Origin: Escherichia coli
GTDB taxonomy: Bacteria; Pseudomonadota; Gammaproteobacteria; Enterobacterales; Enterobacteriaceae
Reading direction: 5' to 3' (one strand)
Assembly (NCBI RefSeq): GCF_003334255.1
Contig: NZ_QOWU01000009.1
DNA: 64,000 nucleotides
A program made the translations under genes and the position numbers. Below are positions 53,216-63,200 of this stretch, piece after piece. The notes under the pieces were generated by a model. The model was not told the origin of the DNA. It did not search any database and saw only the letters and a program-made list of their open reading frames with translations. Position 1 is the stretch's first letter. Every line of letters begins with the position of its first letter.

Positions 53216-53584
53216 TTACTTTTTCGTTTCGGGCGTCGGATAAACAGCCAGATAAACGTAACCACAGCTGCTGAGGGTATCGGCTTCGCAGGTCAGCCCT
53301 CTGGCATACAGCGTGACGGTATGCTGATGGCGGGGATTCAGTTCACCGCTGGTAAGCATGAGTTCCAGTTGTTTCATCAGCAGCGGAAAGGCCTGCTCCA
53401 GATGGTAGGCATCCGCGTCGCTGAACTGTCCTCTGATACCGGCGCGGTCGGCAAGGTAATGCAACCGGTTACCCTCCTGCACCAGACGTGCCCCGAAACA
53501 GGGCGTCACGGTACAGGGCAGTCCCCACCAGATGCGGTTGTTATGGTCGTCGGGATAATTTGTCTCATGGCGCGAGTCTGACAC
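53216..53584 (-). CDS. CbeA/YeeU/YfjZ-family antitoxin
   Basis: About 122 aa from a GTG at 53584 (..RIWWGLPCTVTPCFGARLVQEGNRLHYLADRAGIRG...LAVYPTPETKK); 89 bp upstream of the toxin. The ORF track's 158-aa ATG version (to 53692) would overlap the next gene. Confidence 0.8.
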   Translation of the reverse strand: MSDSRHETNYPDDHNNRIWWGLPCTVTPCFGARLVQEGNRLHYLADRAGIRGQFSDADAYHLEQAFPLLMKQLELMLTSGELNPRHQHTVTLYARGLTCEADTLSSCGYVYLAVYPTPETKK

Positions 53585-53633
53585 GATAAAATCCTTACAG
53601 AAAATCGATGAATGATAGTTTAACGATGACAGG

Positions 53634-54278
53634 TCAGCCGGCGTGGAGACCGGCTTCGGTGAAGGTATATGCATTGATGTGAATGGCCTCATCTACAGCG
53701 GCGTCTGAGGTCAGCCAGTCGTACTCGTTTTCCAGCTGGCGGTACAGCCAGAAGGCCAGGTCGCGCAGGGCTTCGCTGACAGCGGCTTCCGCATCGGCTG
53801 TCAGTGCCTGACCAGTCGGACTGTTCCGGGTGACGGTGATATCCATGCTGTACGGATGGCAGTAACGTCCCCGGTGACTGATTTCAGCCTGTAACTGCCA
53901 GAAGTTACGCTTCTGTACCGCCTGCAGGGCATCCGCGATACGATGAAGCTCACGGTCCTGCGGGGCATATTCCCTGATTTTCCGGGGGGCCGCTGGCTGC
54001 CAGTGCCAGCGCCCTTCAAAGCAGGCTCCGTCCCCCTGGCTGCAGAATCCGCTGAACCAGATGCACGGCTCTTCCATAAACCTGCCGTTGCTGAGCCGGA
54101 AAACGCGCTGGCGGAGGTCAATCCCGAAAATGCCACAGACCGCCCTGAAGTCCTCATACACGTTTTCATACCAGTTGCTGTCAGCATGATGCTGACGGTA
54201 CCAGTCGCGGGCTTTTTCCTGTGCGGTGGCGGATAGCTCATTCAGTGTATACACGGTGGAGGTGATAATTCTGCTCAT
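53634..54278 (-). CDS. Hypothetical protein, 214 aa, Trp/Tyr-rich and acidic, family not recognised; lies between DUF987 and the antitoxin
   Basis: ORF MSRIITSTVYTLNELSATAQEKARDWYRQHHADSNWYENVYEDF..., tightly packed (18 bp after the DUF987 stop, 49 bp before the antitoxin GTG). Confidence 0.5.
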   Translation of the reverse strand: MSRIITSTVYTLNELSATAQEKARDWYRQHHADSNWYENVYEDFRAVCGIFGIDLRQRVFRLSNGRFMEEPCIWFSGFCSQGDGACFEGRWHWQPAAPRKIREYAPQDRELHRIADALQAVQKRNFWQLQAEISHRGRYCHPYSMDITVTRNSPTGQALTADAEAAVSEALRDLAFWLYRQLENEYDWLTSDAAVDEAIHINAYTFTEAGLHAG

Positions 54279-54296
54279 CTGAATGCCCTTCCTGAT

Positions 54297-54518
54297 TCAG
54301 TTCAGGGTGACGCTCATCAGCCGGACATACGGGCCAAAACTGTCCTTATGGCGTTCAGCAAACACGGCCAGCACACCGGGAATATCCTGCACTTCACGAC
54401 CGGTATACGTTTCAGTGCTGCCGTGCCAGCGGTATTTGCCGGTACAGAACGGAAAAAGACGGGATGCAGGATGCTGTTGGTGAATACGCATGGCTTCACC
54501 ACGGGTGATGATTTTCAT
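54297..54518 (-). CDS. DUF987 protein (YeeT/YpjJ/YkfH family)
   Basis: 73 aa, MKIITRGEAMRIHQQHPASRLFPFCTGKYRWHGSTETYTGREVQDIPGVLAVFAERHK..., in the conserved slot after the RadC-like gene. Confidence 0.65.
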   Translation of the reverse strand: MKIITRGEAMRIHQQHPASRLFPFCTGKYRWHGSTETYTGREVQDIPGVLAVFAERHKDSFGPYVRLMSVTLN

Positions 54519-54580
54519 AATGGGATACCTCTGAAGACAGAAGATAAAAGTGAAAACAAGCGTGATGTGGTTGTGACGGG

Positions 54581-55057
54581 TTAAAGCAGACCATGTTCGG
54601 CAAAGGAGAAAACCTGGCTGCCACCGACTATCAGATGGTCCGGCACCCGGATATCCACCAGGCCCAGTGCCTGTACCAGACGTTCCGTGATAAGGCGGTC
54701 TGCCTTGCTGGGTGTGACTTCACCGGACGGGTGATTGTGCGCCAGTACCACGGCAGCGGCATTGTGGTACAGGGCGCGTTTAATCACTTCCCGGGGATGG
54801 ACTTCCGTGCGGTTGATGGTGCCGGTGAAGAGGGTTTCACCGGCAATCAGCTGATTCTGGTTGTTCAGATACAGCACCCGGAACTCTTCACGCTCCAGTC
54901 CCGCCATGTTCAGAATCAGCCATTCTCGTGCCGCACGGGTGGAGGTGAAGGCCACGCCGGGTTCATGAAGATGGCGGTCCAGGGTTTTCAGGGCCCGCTG
55001 AATGAGGCTGCGCTCGCCGGGCGTCATCTCTCCTGGCAGAAAGGAAAGCTGTTGCAT
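54581..55057 (-). CDS. RadC-like JAB/MPN-domain protein (YeeS/YfjY/YkfG family)
   Basis: 158 aa with JAMM motif HNHPSGEVTPSKAD. Confidence 0.8.
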   Translation of the reverse strand: MQQLSFLPGEMTPGERSLIQRALKTLDRHLHEPGVAFTSTRAAREWLILNMAGLEREEFRVLYLNNQNQLIAGETLFTGTINRTEVHPREVIKRALYHNAAAVVLAHNHPSGEVTPSKADRLITERLVQALGLVDIRVPDHLIVGGSQVFSFAEHGLL

Positions 55058-55071
55058 TGTTCCAGCCCCTT

Positions 55072-55551
55072 TCAGTCAATGATGCGCATAATGGCGTTGC
55101 ATTCCGGATGCTGCAGGGCGTAGTCCCGCAGACGGTAATAATGAACCGTCATGGCATAACACTCCGTGCGACAGGCATGATGACTGTACGTCATCAGACA
55201 GGCAGCAATGCCGGCGGCTTCCGGGCTCATTTCAGCACGGTTACCGTTCATGGCATTGAACAGTACCCATGTCTCGTCATCATCGTCATCCGGTTCGGGT
55301 GCCATAAATGCCCCGCCGTTGTTCAGGGTGTACAGATTCCAGATACCACCGCAGTAGTCTTCGCAAAGACGGTCCATCCAGCCGAAGACACGGGGTTCCA
55401 GGGTCACCCACTGTGGAATGAGGCCAAAATGTTGCGGCCAGAAGCTGATGCGCTGTTCATCAGGGATGAGGGTGGCAACAAGTCGGGACTGGTCACTCCC
55501 TGGTGCTGTGGCTGAAGAAAGAGCAGTTGTGTTCTGAGAAGCGATTTTCAT
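55072..55551 (-). CDS. Antirestriction protein, ArdB/KlcA type (YfjX/YafX family)
   Basis: About 160 aa from ATG at 55551 (MKIASQNTTALSSATAPGSDQSRLVATLIPDEQRISFWPQHFG...), with an acidic DDDDDE stretch; the ORF track's 183-aa version starts further upstream. Confidence 0.7.
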   Translation of the reverse strand: MKIASQNTTALSSATAPGSDQSRLVATLIPDEQRISFWPQHFGLIPQWVTLEPRVFGWMDRLCEDYCGGIWNLYTLNNGGAFMAPEPDDDDDETWVLFNAMNGNRAEMSPEAAGIAACLMTYSHHACRTECYAMTVHYYRLRDYALQHPECNAIMRIID

Positions 55552-55644
55552 GAGTGAAATCCTTGTAATGTGAATAAATGAGAGGGAGTAAAGGTCGGGA
55601 GCTGGCAACATCACGTTCATCACTGACCGTGAGACCCGGTAATA

Positions 55645-55890
55645 TCAGGGATGAATGATATTCGGCTGAAATTCCGGACAGCCGTACGCGTAACCGTTCC
55701 GGTCACAGACGGATGGCCAGATGCCATTGCCTGTACTCAGTCTGCACAGACTGAGTTCTCCGGGACGGTAAAGCAGACGGGTACACCAGGCGCACAGGTC
55801 ATCATCAGAAATGGAACGACATCCCGGCAGCGCCTCCGGGGCGTCGGGTGATACGGGTGCCTGAATCACGCCTTCAGGGATATGTTTCAT
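55645..55890 (-). CDS. Small Cys-rich protein, DUF905-like (YkfF/YfjW slot)
   Basis: About 81 aa from ATG at 55890, overlapping the DUF932 stop by 1 nt (TGATG), suggesting translational coupling. Family assignment is by position and size only. Confidence 0.45.
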   Translation of the reverse strand: MKHIPEGVIQAPVSPDAPEALPGCRSISDDDLCAWCTRLLYRPGELSLCRLSTGNGIWPSVCDRNGYAYGCPEFQPNIIHP

Positions 55891-56708
55891 CAGCGCATGC
55901 TCTCCAGCAGCGTTTCTGCCATCACCCACAATGCGCGGTTGAGCTTAATATCGGTGTCGATGCTGTGAATGGCACGGGTATGGATACGTTTTCCTTTAGC
56001 GCTGCGACCTGAAATTCCGCCTTTCAGCATATTCTCCTGAATGGTCTGATAAGCACTCCACAGGTCCTTACCGTAATCTTCCCGGCGTCGTGGCGTCAGA
56101 ATGTCGGCGGTGGTGACGGGCTGATGTTCGTCACCATAACGGTAAGTCAGTGCCGCCTGTGCCAGCGCCTGGCGTGCCGGTGGCGGCAGGACCAGCGACT
56201 GCATGGCATCACGTTTCTCTTCAATCCGGTCAAAAACCTCCACCACCTCGTAAGCCCCTTCAATGACTCTGTCCACCACATTTCCCCGGTGTGGAACACG
56301 CACTTCCCCCAGAGACTGACCACAGACGCACCCGTTCTGGCAGACGAACCGGAAGTAACCCGGCAGCATCTGGTAGCTGGAGGTACCGTCATGGGAGTTG
56401 AGCAGAATGATTTCAGGGACATGTTCTCCGTTTATCTCTCCGGCCCGCCGCAGACGCAGCATGTGTTTGGTGTATTCCCGGCGGCCCGGGTCGCGCACAC
56501 GGGTCTGGCAGGCGAAAAAGGGCTGGAAGCCTTCCCGCTGCAGACTTTCCAGTACGGTGATGGTGGGGATGTACGTATAGTTCTGGCTTCGGGACGTGTG
56601 TTTCTCTTCCCCGAAAATCCCCGGCACATGGTGCATCAGCTCTTCATGTGTCAGCGGACGGTCACGGCGTATCTGGTTCGCATAACCAAAACGACTGACT
56701 AATTGCAT
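55890..56708 (-). CDS. DUF932 protein (YfjQ/YafZ family)
   Basis: 272 aa, MQLVSRFGYANQIRRDRPLTHEELMHHVPGIFGEEKHTSRSQNYTYIPT..., in the conserved CP4-type position. Confidence 0.65.
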   Translation of the reverse strand: MQLVSRFGYANQIRRDRPLTHEELMHHVPGIFGEEKHTSRSQNYTYIPTITVLESLQREGFQPFFACQTRVRDPGRREYTKHMLRLRRAGEINGEHVPEIILLNSHDGTSSYQMLPGYFRFVCQNGCVCGQSLGEVRVPHRGNVVDRVIEGAYEVVEVFDRIEEKRDAMQSLVLPPPARQALAQAALTYRYGDEHQPVTTADILTPRRREDYGKDLWSAYQTIQENMLKGGISGRSAKGKRIHTRAIHSIDTDIKLNRALWVMAETLLESMR

Positions 56709-57118
56709 ACTTTGCTCCTTATCGGTGGTTAAGATTTACTGGTGCAACAAATGAAAAAAGCCGCGTCTCCCGGAGAAGACGCGGCCTGATGGATGAAATC
56801 AATGAAGTTTATTGTCTGAGAAGCCCTCCACTGGCGAGCCACGCATTAAGCTGTTTTCCGGCATCAGCTTCAGAGTTCCGGCAGCGTCAGCGTCGCTGAC
56901 CTTCCGCGTTGCGGATAACCCGACGGAAATGCATTCCCGGGTCATCCTGGATAAACACATTGCGGTAAGCGGTTATGACAGCAACCGCCTGCCCGTATGA
57001 GAAAGATCCTTCAGCCAGGACATACTCTGTGTGTAACCCGGCATATCTGGTTTCTCCTGATAAATAGCCTCTGCCATACGTTGTGGCAGAGGCTGAAGCA
57101 TGAAACTGACTTCAGGGA

Positions 57119-57574
57119 TCAGTTAACATTTTTTCCGGAAACGGTAATCAGCAGTGGATGGTAGTCCTGGGGATCGAAAACCGATAACGGCAGACTGACA
57201 CGATGGCCGTTACTTTCTTCAGTTGCTTTAATGATTTCGGTTGTGGCGACATTTTCCACGCACTCCGTTTCCAGAAATGCGTCTGTGGTTCGCGTGGCAT
57301 TACTGTCACCAAAGGCTTCCGTTTCCATTTTTCTGGTCACCAGCGTCTGACCATATTTGTCTTTGAGTTGCAGAGTGATGGTGAGGGGGCCAAATCCTTC
57401 ATCGTTTCCGCCATTATCCAGTCGGAACTGGTAAGCACAAATATTTCCCGGGAGCCATATCGTATCTGTATTGCGTATACTGATGTAACGTTGATCCTGT
57501 GCCCGGAGTGGGGCAGACCACGTTAACCCCAGAATGACGCCAGTAATAATGCAGGTTTTGAACAGGTGAATCAT
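57119..57574 (-). CDS. Secreted/periplasmic hypothetical protein, 151 aa (YfjT-like)
   Basis: N-terminal signal peptide MIHLFKTCIITGVILGLTWSAPLRAQ; 75 bp downstream of the YeeR-like gene. Confidence 0.5.
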   Translation of the reverse strand: MIHLFKTCIITGVILGLTWSAPLRAQDQRYISIRNTDTIWLPGNICAYQFRLDNGGNDEGFGPLTITLQLKDKYGQTLVTRKMETEAFGDSNATRTTDAFLETECVENVATTEIIKATEESNGHRVSLPLSVFDPQDYHPLLITVSGKNVN

Positions 57575-57649
57575 GGTATTTACCTCTCTGAGTCATGACG
57601 ATGACACTGGCAAATCAGGTGATAAAACCTAAAAGGAGCAGAACACACG

Positions 57650-60172
57650 TTATGCCGGGAGCTCCGGGGGGAATGCTTCTTCCAGCCGGTTAACCATCTT
57701 GCCGAGATGGGATGCATCATATTCCATGACGGGGCGTTGCCTGATGATACTGACCACCAGTGGTTTGATTAACATATTGGTCGCGGCCCGTTGTTGTATA
57801 CCGGCGGCGAAAATGATCTCCAGAGCATTCTGATCGATAACACGGGCCAGATTCGCGTTCAGATTTTCAATCTCATGTCCGGTCAGCAGGAAACTGCCGG
57901 CAAGCCATGTCACCTGCTCCTGAATCATTGCCAGAATTTTGACGCGATCTTCTTCAACCAGCGCTCCGGCAATTTTTCCTGATACAGTGGAGGCAATCAT
58001 TCCCCCCAGAACACCGCCAACCACACGCCCTGTCAGTGCACCAAATGGTCCCAGTGGACTGAACAATATCCCGCCCGCCACTGACCCGACAGCACCACCT
58101 GCCACACCGGAAGATGCCACGGCAAGATTCCTGATGAACTGCGCACCGGAGATCCGTCCCCGCAACATTTTGATCATGTCAGGGCCGGTTGTGACAGCTA
58201 CCAGTGCCAGAGATGTCACCAGCGTACCCTTCATCACTTTGTTCAGGGCACTGATATTTCCTGCACCGGTCCCCTTCTGAAGCGCCTGCCGGACAGTCGG
58301 GCTGGCCGTCGAAAAATCAATATGCTTCAGCATACCCTGAACAACAGTGAGCCGGTGAAGTTGCTGGGTTGTAACGTAGACAGCCAGTGTGCGGGTGAAG
58401 GTTTTTCCTGCCTGGACAGCAGCTGTCTGCAGGGCAGCATCGCGATCGCCGGTGCTGAGCCAGAAGACCGATGCCGTCAGGGCAAAACTGATCCCTCCGG
58501 CCGCCAGACTGACAACCGACCCCTCGGCAATATCATAAGTGACCGATTCGATGGTCCCGAACCGGGTGATATTACGGGCCTGGGTATAAGTCAGATGTCC
58601 CCGACGAATCAGCCGGGACGCTTCTGCGGGATCGGTTACACCGGGTACTTTACCTTCGCGGATCTTATTCTTCATGGTTTCCACAGCGCCGGCATACTGA
58701 TCACGGGGGACTTCCAGTTGCATGGGACCATGATTTCCCATGTAACGATACTGTCCGTTTTGTCCGTCGAATGCCGCACCGACGCTACGGGCTGCAGTTG
58801 AACAATATTTCGTCTGGATTTCTGTTCCGCTGACCAGTCTGTCTGCTCCATTTCTGGCATTATTATCACCGAGGATCCGTGCGTTTTTCAGACGGACTCT
58901 GTCGACAATATGGTTTCCCCGTTCAGCGGCAAACCCATGTCCCTGCCCTCCGGAAGCAAACATTTTCTCATTTGTACTCCAGGTTTCCGGCAGTTTCATG
59001 AGAATCAGACCATTCGCCGTTGCATCGGAAATAAAACCGGTGTAAGAACGTTCATAAATGTCCTGACACAGTGTTTCTGTTTCGCGACAAAGAGAGGAGC
59101 AGTACCATTCCGGATCCGGCTTATGATTTTCCGGGGCATGATGTACTTCTGTCAGCCCGCAGGAGGCACAGATACGAAGCTCATCCACGTGGTGGAATGA
59201 TACAAAACGGCGGCCTTCTGAAAAGGGGTACCAGTCACCGCCGTCCAGGCAACGATCGAGAAAATCGTCATTCGCTTCCGGTGATAAATTCAGGCGGTTC
59301 CGGAAGAGGGTTTTCAGTTCATCAGGGGTAAATGACAGGCTCTCTCTCAGCTTTTCGTTGAAACCCGCCATGTTTCTTTCATACCAGGCATTGTCCAGTA
59401 GCCAGTTTCCGTCTGCCAGTTCAAATTCCCTCAGTTCTCCCCGGGAAATCCGTTGAGAAATGAGTGTCAGCCAGATGCGCTCCGTCAGCGTTTCAGGAAG
59501 GCTGTAATCGTTTTGCAAACTGCTCAGCCATGATTTACTGTTGAGCACCGGTTGTTCTTCCAGTGTCTGGCTGATGGCACTGGTCAGTCTTTTCAGCGCC
59601 TGGATCTGGCTGGCCGCCCATAGCAGCGTCACTAATGCAGCCAGCCAGTACAACAACCCGCCCCACCACATCAGTGAGGGTGAAATATCGAACTGCAATG
59701 CGATCAATGGTGCGTATGCAGAACACGCCATAAGGAAAAAAGCAGTATAAAAACAGCAGTAATACCCGTTAATTTCCTTGCTGATATCTTCAGGTGTGAG
59801 CCCGTTCTGCTGAATGGTTCTTATCTGCACGGGAAGAGCCAGCAGACCAGCGGCGAGAGCGGTGGTCAGAATAAATTTTACAGAGTCAAAAGTATGAGCC
59901 TCCAGTGCGATATGTTTACCATCAAGTCCCCACATGAAGCTGATGATCATTCCGGCAATCGTCAGAAATACGCCTGCCAGCCAGCGAATATGGAATAACC
60001 GGGTTATGCGTTCAGTGATATAGCCAGCCAGTAAAGCCGGACCGAACAGACACAGCAATACGAATCCTGCCAGCGCAGACGCCGTGCTGGTTAATGCTCT
60101 GAACAAAAGGCGAAGAATGGCAAATCCTGCGATCAGCAGAATCAGCGCGCCGACTATCTGTAACATAGTCAC
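57650..60172 (-). CDS. Full-length YeeR-like inner membrane protein, 840 aa
   Basis: N-terminal about 200 aa with multiple hydrophobic helices, a central region with a CxxC...CxxxC cluster (CASCGLTEVHH...CSSLC), and a C-terminal glycine-zipper-like hydrophobic region; N-terminus resembles K-12 YeeR as I recall it. Confidence 0.6.
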   Translation of the reverse strand: MTMLQIVGALILLIAGFAILRLLFRALTSTASALAGFVLLCLFGPALLAGYITERITRLFHIRWLAGVFLTIAGMIISFMWGLDGKHIALEAHTFDSVKFILTTALAAGLLALPVQIRTIQQNGLTPEDISKEINGYYCCFYTAFFLMACSAYAPLIALQFDISPSLMWWGGLLYWLAALVTLLWAASQIQALKRLTSAISQTLEEQPVLNSKSWLSSLQNDYSLPETLTERIWLTLISQRISRGELREFELADGNWLLDNAWYERNMAGFNEKLRESLSFTPDELKTLFRNRLNLSPEANDDFLDRCLDGGDWYPFSEGRRFVSFHHVDELRICASCGLTEVHHAPENHKPDPEWYCSSLCRETETLCQDIYERSYTGFISDATANGLILMKLPETWSTNEKMFASGGQGHGFAAERGNHIVDRVRLKNARILGDNNARNGADRLVSGTEIQTKYCSTAARSVGAAFDGQNGQYRYMGNHGPMQLEVPRDQYAGAVETMKNKIREGKVPGVTDPAEASRLIRRGHLTYTQARNITRFGTIESVTYDIAEGSVVSLAAGGISFALTASVFWLSTGDRDAALQTAAVQAGKTFTRTLAVYVTTQQLHRLTVVQGMLKHIDFSTASPTVRQALQKGTGAGNISALNKVMKGTLVTSLALVAVTTGPDMIKMLRGRISGAQFIRNLAVASSGVAGGAVGSVAGGILFSPLGPFGALTGRVVGGVLGGMIASTVSGKIAGALVEEDRVKILAMIQEQVTWLAGSFLLTGHEIENLNANLARVIDQNALEIIFAAGIQQRAATNMLIKPLVVSIIRQRPVMEYDASHLGKMVNRLEEAFPPELPA

Positions 60173-60286
60173 TCCGTGATGAATATCATGTTATTGTGAA
60201 TGCCAGTGAATGTGGCACTGAAACGTTTTCCCCCGTCCGGGTCCCGGTCATGATGACCGGGACCACAGAGAGGCAAAGCAGAATTA

Positions 60287-63200
60287 TCAGAAGGTCACAT
60301 TCAGCGTGGCCTGACTGTTATAACCTTCAGCGCTGCTGCCGTTGATGCTGTGGGCATAACCGGCCTGAACGCCCAGGGTGATATTTTCCCGGACACGGGC
60401 TTCCAGTCCGGCCTGCAGATCCAGTGAAGTGCCATTCTGTGAGGGAGAGAACGTCATCCCGCTGCCTGCGGTGGAGGTCCCCACACGCATATCACCCCGG
60501 GAGCTGAAGGTGCGGATAACGGAAGGCTGTACCCACCAGTTCACCGGCAGTTCACGCACACTGTGTTTTGCACTGTCACGCAGGGGGGCACGGGATGAGG
60601 TGCCTTCACCAAAGGTCATATCGTTGTGGCTGCCCAGACGGAAGCCGGCACGCACATGTTGTGCACTGCCATGCCCGAACCTCACATAACCGGCGTTATC
60701 CTGGCCGTCATCCAGGGAGAGTCCCTGCCAGGTGTACTGCAGTTGTGGCTCCAGCATCAGGTTGTCAGTGATACTGAAGGGCAGACCGGTTTCCAGTGAG
60801 CCCAGCCAGCCCCAGCCCCGGACGCGGAAGTCGTTATTGTCCGATGACGCTTTCATGCTGTGGCGGGTTCCCTGTGCCACTATGTCAGCCCACAGGCCGG
60901 AGGAGGTGTGTGTCAGGTTCATATATCCGCCCAGGCTGCCGGCATCATCCCGGACCGTGCCGGCACGGGAGCCGTCATCATCCTTAACATCAACGGAAGA
61001 ATGGCCTGCAGCACCATATATCCCTGCGGTCACAGACATACCGGCAACCTCTGTTCTCAGCAGGTCACCCTCCAGGCGGACGAAGCCATAGCTGCCGCTG
61101 CTTTCCGGCGTGGCCCCACGGGCAATACCGCCGTTGTTATCGTGACCGAGATGGCCGCCCTGAATGCTGAGACGGACGCTGTTATTTTCACCGTTTACAC
61201 CGGTCTGATGGCTGCGTGAGCCTGCCAGAATCCGGTCATAGTCCATTGCCTGTGTCAGCATGGAGGCATACAGGGGGACTTCTGCACGATAAGCATTTTC
61301 ACTGCGCAGATACCAGCTCTCATCACTGTCCCGGTTGAGGGAGTAGTTAAAGGCACCGGCCTGCAGCCTGTTCCCCTGGACAAAGGCCCCTTCCTCCGTG
61401 GTGGCACCGTTAATGGCTTCCACCACCTGAATACCCTTACCGCTGGTCGCCAGCCCCGACGCACTGTTGCCAGCGTTCACCAGGTTCAGGATGGTTTTTC
61501 CGGTTGCCCTGCCACCGTCAATGACCAGTCTGTCAGCATTGTTCTGTGCCATATCCGGGCGTACACGCAGGCTGATGGTGCCATTCTGTCCGTTCAGGTT
61601 TTTCACTTTCAGGGTTGCCGGTACGAACTTCCCTGTGCGGGCGGAGGTGAAATGAATCTGTCCGGCATGGCTGAGGTCATCCACCACCGACTGAACCGTG
61701 GCGTTATCGGGGATATTCCAGGTGGCACCGGAGGCGAGAGTGACATTCGTGGGGGCAATGGCACCGTTCAGCACAGTGCTGCCGGTCAGCTTCAGGGCTG
61801 TACCGCGCTGAGCAATGACATCCGTGGTGACGGTACTGTCGTTCAGCGTCAGCGTGCCTTCATTCAGGTTGACGGCTTTCTGGGTGAGTGTGGTGTTGCT
61901 GACAGTGAGTGTGCCACTTCCTGATTTTTCCACGCTGCCGTTACCGGTGAGAGAACCTCCCTGCAGGAGTGCATCGCCTTCACGGATGGTCAGGGTATCG
62001 TTGTTCACCGTCTTCCCGGAAAGGGTAAGTATGGCACCGTTATTCAGCGTGGTGGTGCCCGCCAGTGTGCCGCCCCTGGCGGTGAACAGTCCGCCATTTA
62101 CCGTGGTATCCGTGGCCGTATCACCGGCGTTCAGCGTGAATGAACTGCCTTTTTCCAGCATCAGGGCATCCGCCTGACCGCCTCCGATACTGAATGCCTT
62201 TCCGTCGCTCCGGGTACCACTGACAGCGGCACCGGAATCGGCCAGCAGTACACCGCCATTTCCCATGGATACGGTGGTGGCGGTGCCACCGTTGCGGACA
62301 TCCAGCGTTCCGCCATCATCCACGCGGGTATTAGTGGCTGTGTGTCCGGTCAGCACATCCAGGCGTCCGCCATTTTCCAGTACGACATTATCAGCTTTAC
62401 CCTCCACAACAGAGAATGCTCCCAGGCGGTTTATGCCGGTAACGGTTGCAGCCGTACTGGTAACCAGTGCGCCGCCCTGCTTCAGGGTGACATTCGTGGC
62501 TGTACCACCGGCGTCCACCTGCAGTCTGCCCTTCTGATTAACGGTGGTATTCCCGGCCACCCCCCCGTTTTTGACAATCTGCCAGCCGTCACTGTTTACA
62601 ACAGTGCCAGACGCCGTACCGCCGTTGTGCACATACTGGTACCCCCCATTCAGCGTGGTATCCAGTGCGTGACCATGTACAGTCTGGTCGCCGCCGGCAT
62701 AAACCACAGTGGTATTTGCCGTTCCTTCAGCAGCCACAATCTGACGACCATTTTTATTGATGGTGGTGCGTACGGCATCTCCGTAGACGGTCTGCCCGGT
62801 ATCACCATTTTCCGCATCCGGTCCCCCTTCCGCGCCGGTATTCACAACCGTGTCGGTTGCCACTGCGCCGGATTTGATGGCCTGCCAGCCCTTCTCATTA
62901 ATGACGGTACCCGTTGCAATCCCGTCTTCATGTACCCACTGCTCACCGCCGTTCAGAGTGGTGTTCACTGCCTGCCCCTGAAGGCTCTGTCCGCCTCCGG
63001 CACTGATAACCGTGTCTGAAACGCTTCCTCCGGCATTCACTCTCTGAAGACCACCACCGGTGACAGTAGTGTTGTTGGCGGTACCGCCATTTTGTATCCA
63101 TTGGCCGCCGGTATTGGCCTCGTTATCCGGCCCATACTCCAGCCCGGTACTGATGGTCATTCCGTTGGCCGTACCGAAGACAATCTGGTTGTCATGATTT

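Noticed and set aside
56812-57000. 62-aa plus-strand ORF in the 410-bp island gap
   Set aside because: Opposite strand to every other island gene, no RBS and a low-complexity product; retained only as part of the gap finding.
60378-63019. Multiple plus-strand ORFs of 60-225 aa
   Set aside because: All antisense within the repetitive agn43 passenger domain; low-complexity shadow frames.
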